A stretch of DNA of 64,000 nt from Eutreptiella sp. 'Long Island Sound 2002' (lineage: Eukaryota > Protista > Euglenida), in the NCBI GenBank assembly GCA_964036045.1, contig OZ038378.1:171492001-171556000 (forward strand), read 5' to 3'. Position numbers and translations under genes: made by a program. Positions 63,791-64,000 of this stretch are shown here, one piece after another. The notes under the pieces were generated by a model. It was given only the letters and a program-made list of their open reading frames with translations. It was not told the DNA's origin and ran no database searches. Each line of letters starts with the position of its first letter. Within the stretch, counting starts at the first letter, position 1.

Positions 63791-64000
63791 ACAATTGGGC
63801 TTGGCGCTCAGTTTGGTGACGGCATCTTGAACTTCAGCACACTCAGCTTGAGACAGAATCCTTTTGCGACCTCGTTTCCGAGTGTGAAAATAATCACTAT
63901 TTTTTTTTTAAAAAAACTTCAGCCACCCCTAAACTGTGTGGTACCCCAACATGTGCTCCCTCTCATCACCCCTTTGATGTCGTCGTATAGCCCTAGCAAT

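Overview
Repeat-dense eukaryotic nuclear DNA, not prokaryotic. It has GT-AG introns, nested DNA transposons and MITEs, decayed non-LTR retrotransposons, long poly-C/G runs and one 200-N gap. A large-genome protist such as a euglenid is my inference, not proven. The only clearly intact gene is an intronless mitochondrial-type EF-Ts (41946-42779). Scattered, mostly frameshifted exons match a pectinacetylesterase/Notum-like gene, an LRAT/PLAAT-family gene and an NSUN-like RNA methyltransferase. The best novel candidate is a fully bounded 5.4-kb DNA transposon (18421-23832) with perfect 25-bp TIRs and a 5-bp TSD (TTGAT). It carries a decayed DDE-like ORF, a second multi-exon gene of unknown function, and 11 copies of the 20-bp palindrome CTGGCCGAAATTTCGGCCAG. 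Five copies form a ~70-bp-periodic repeat-spacer array, and two sit inside predicted introns of the second gene. Also present are two hAT-type elements with 8-bp TSDs, one encoding a hAT C-terminal fragment fused to a SAP domain. All family assignments come from motif recognition by eye and need profile searches.
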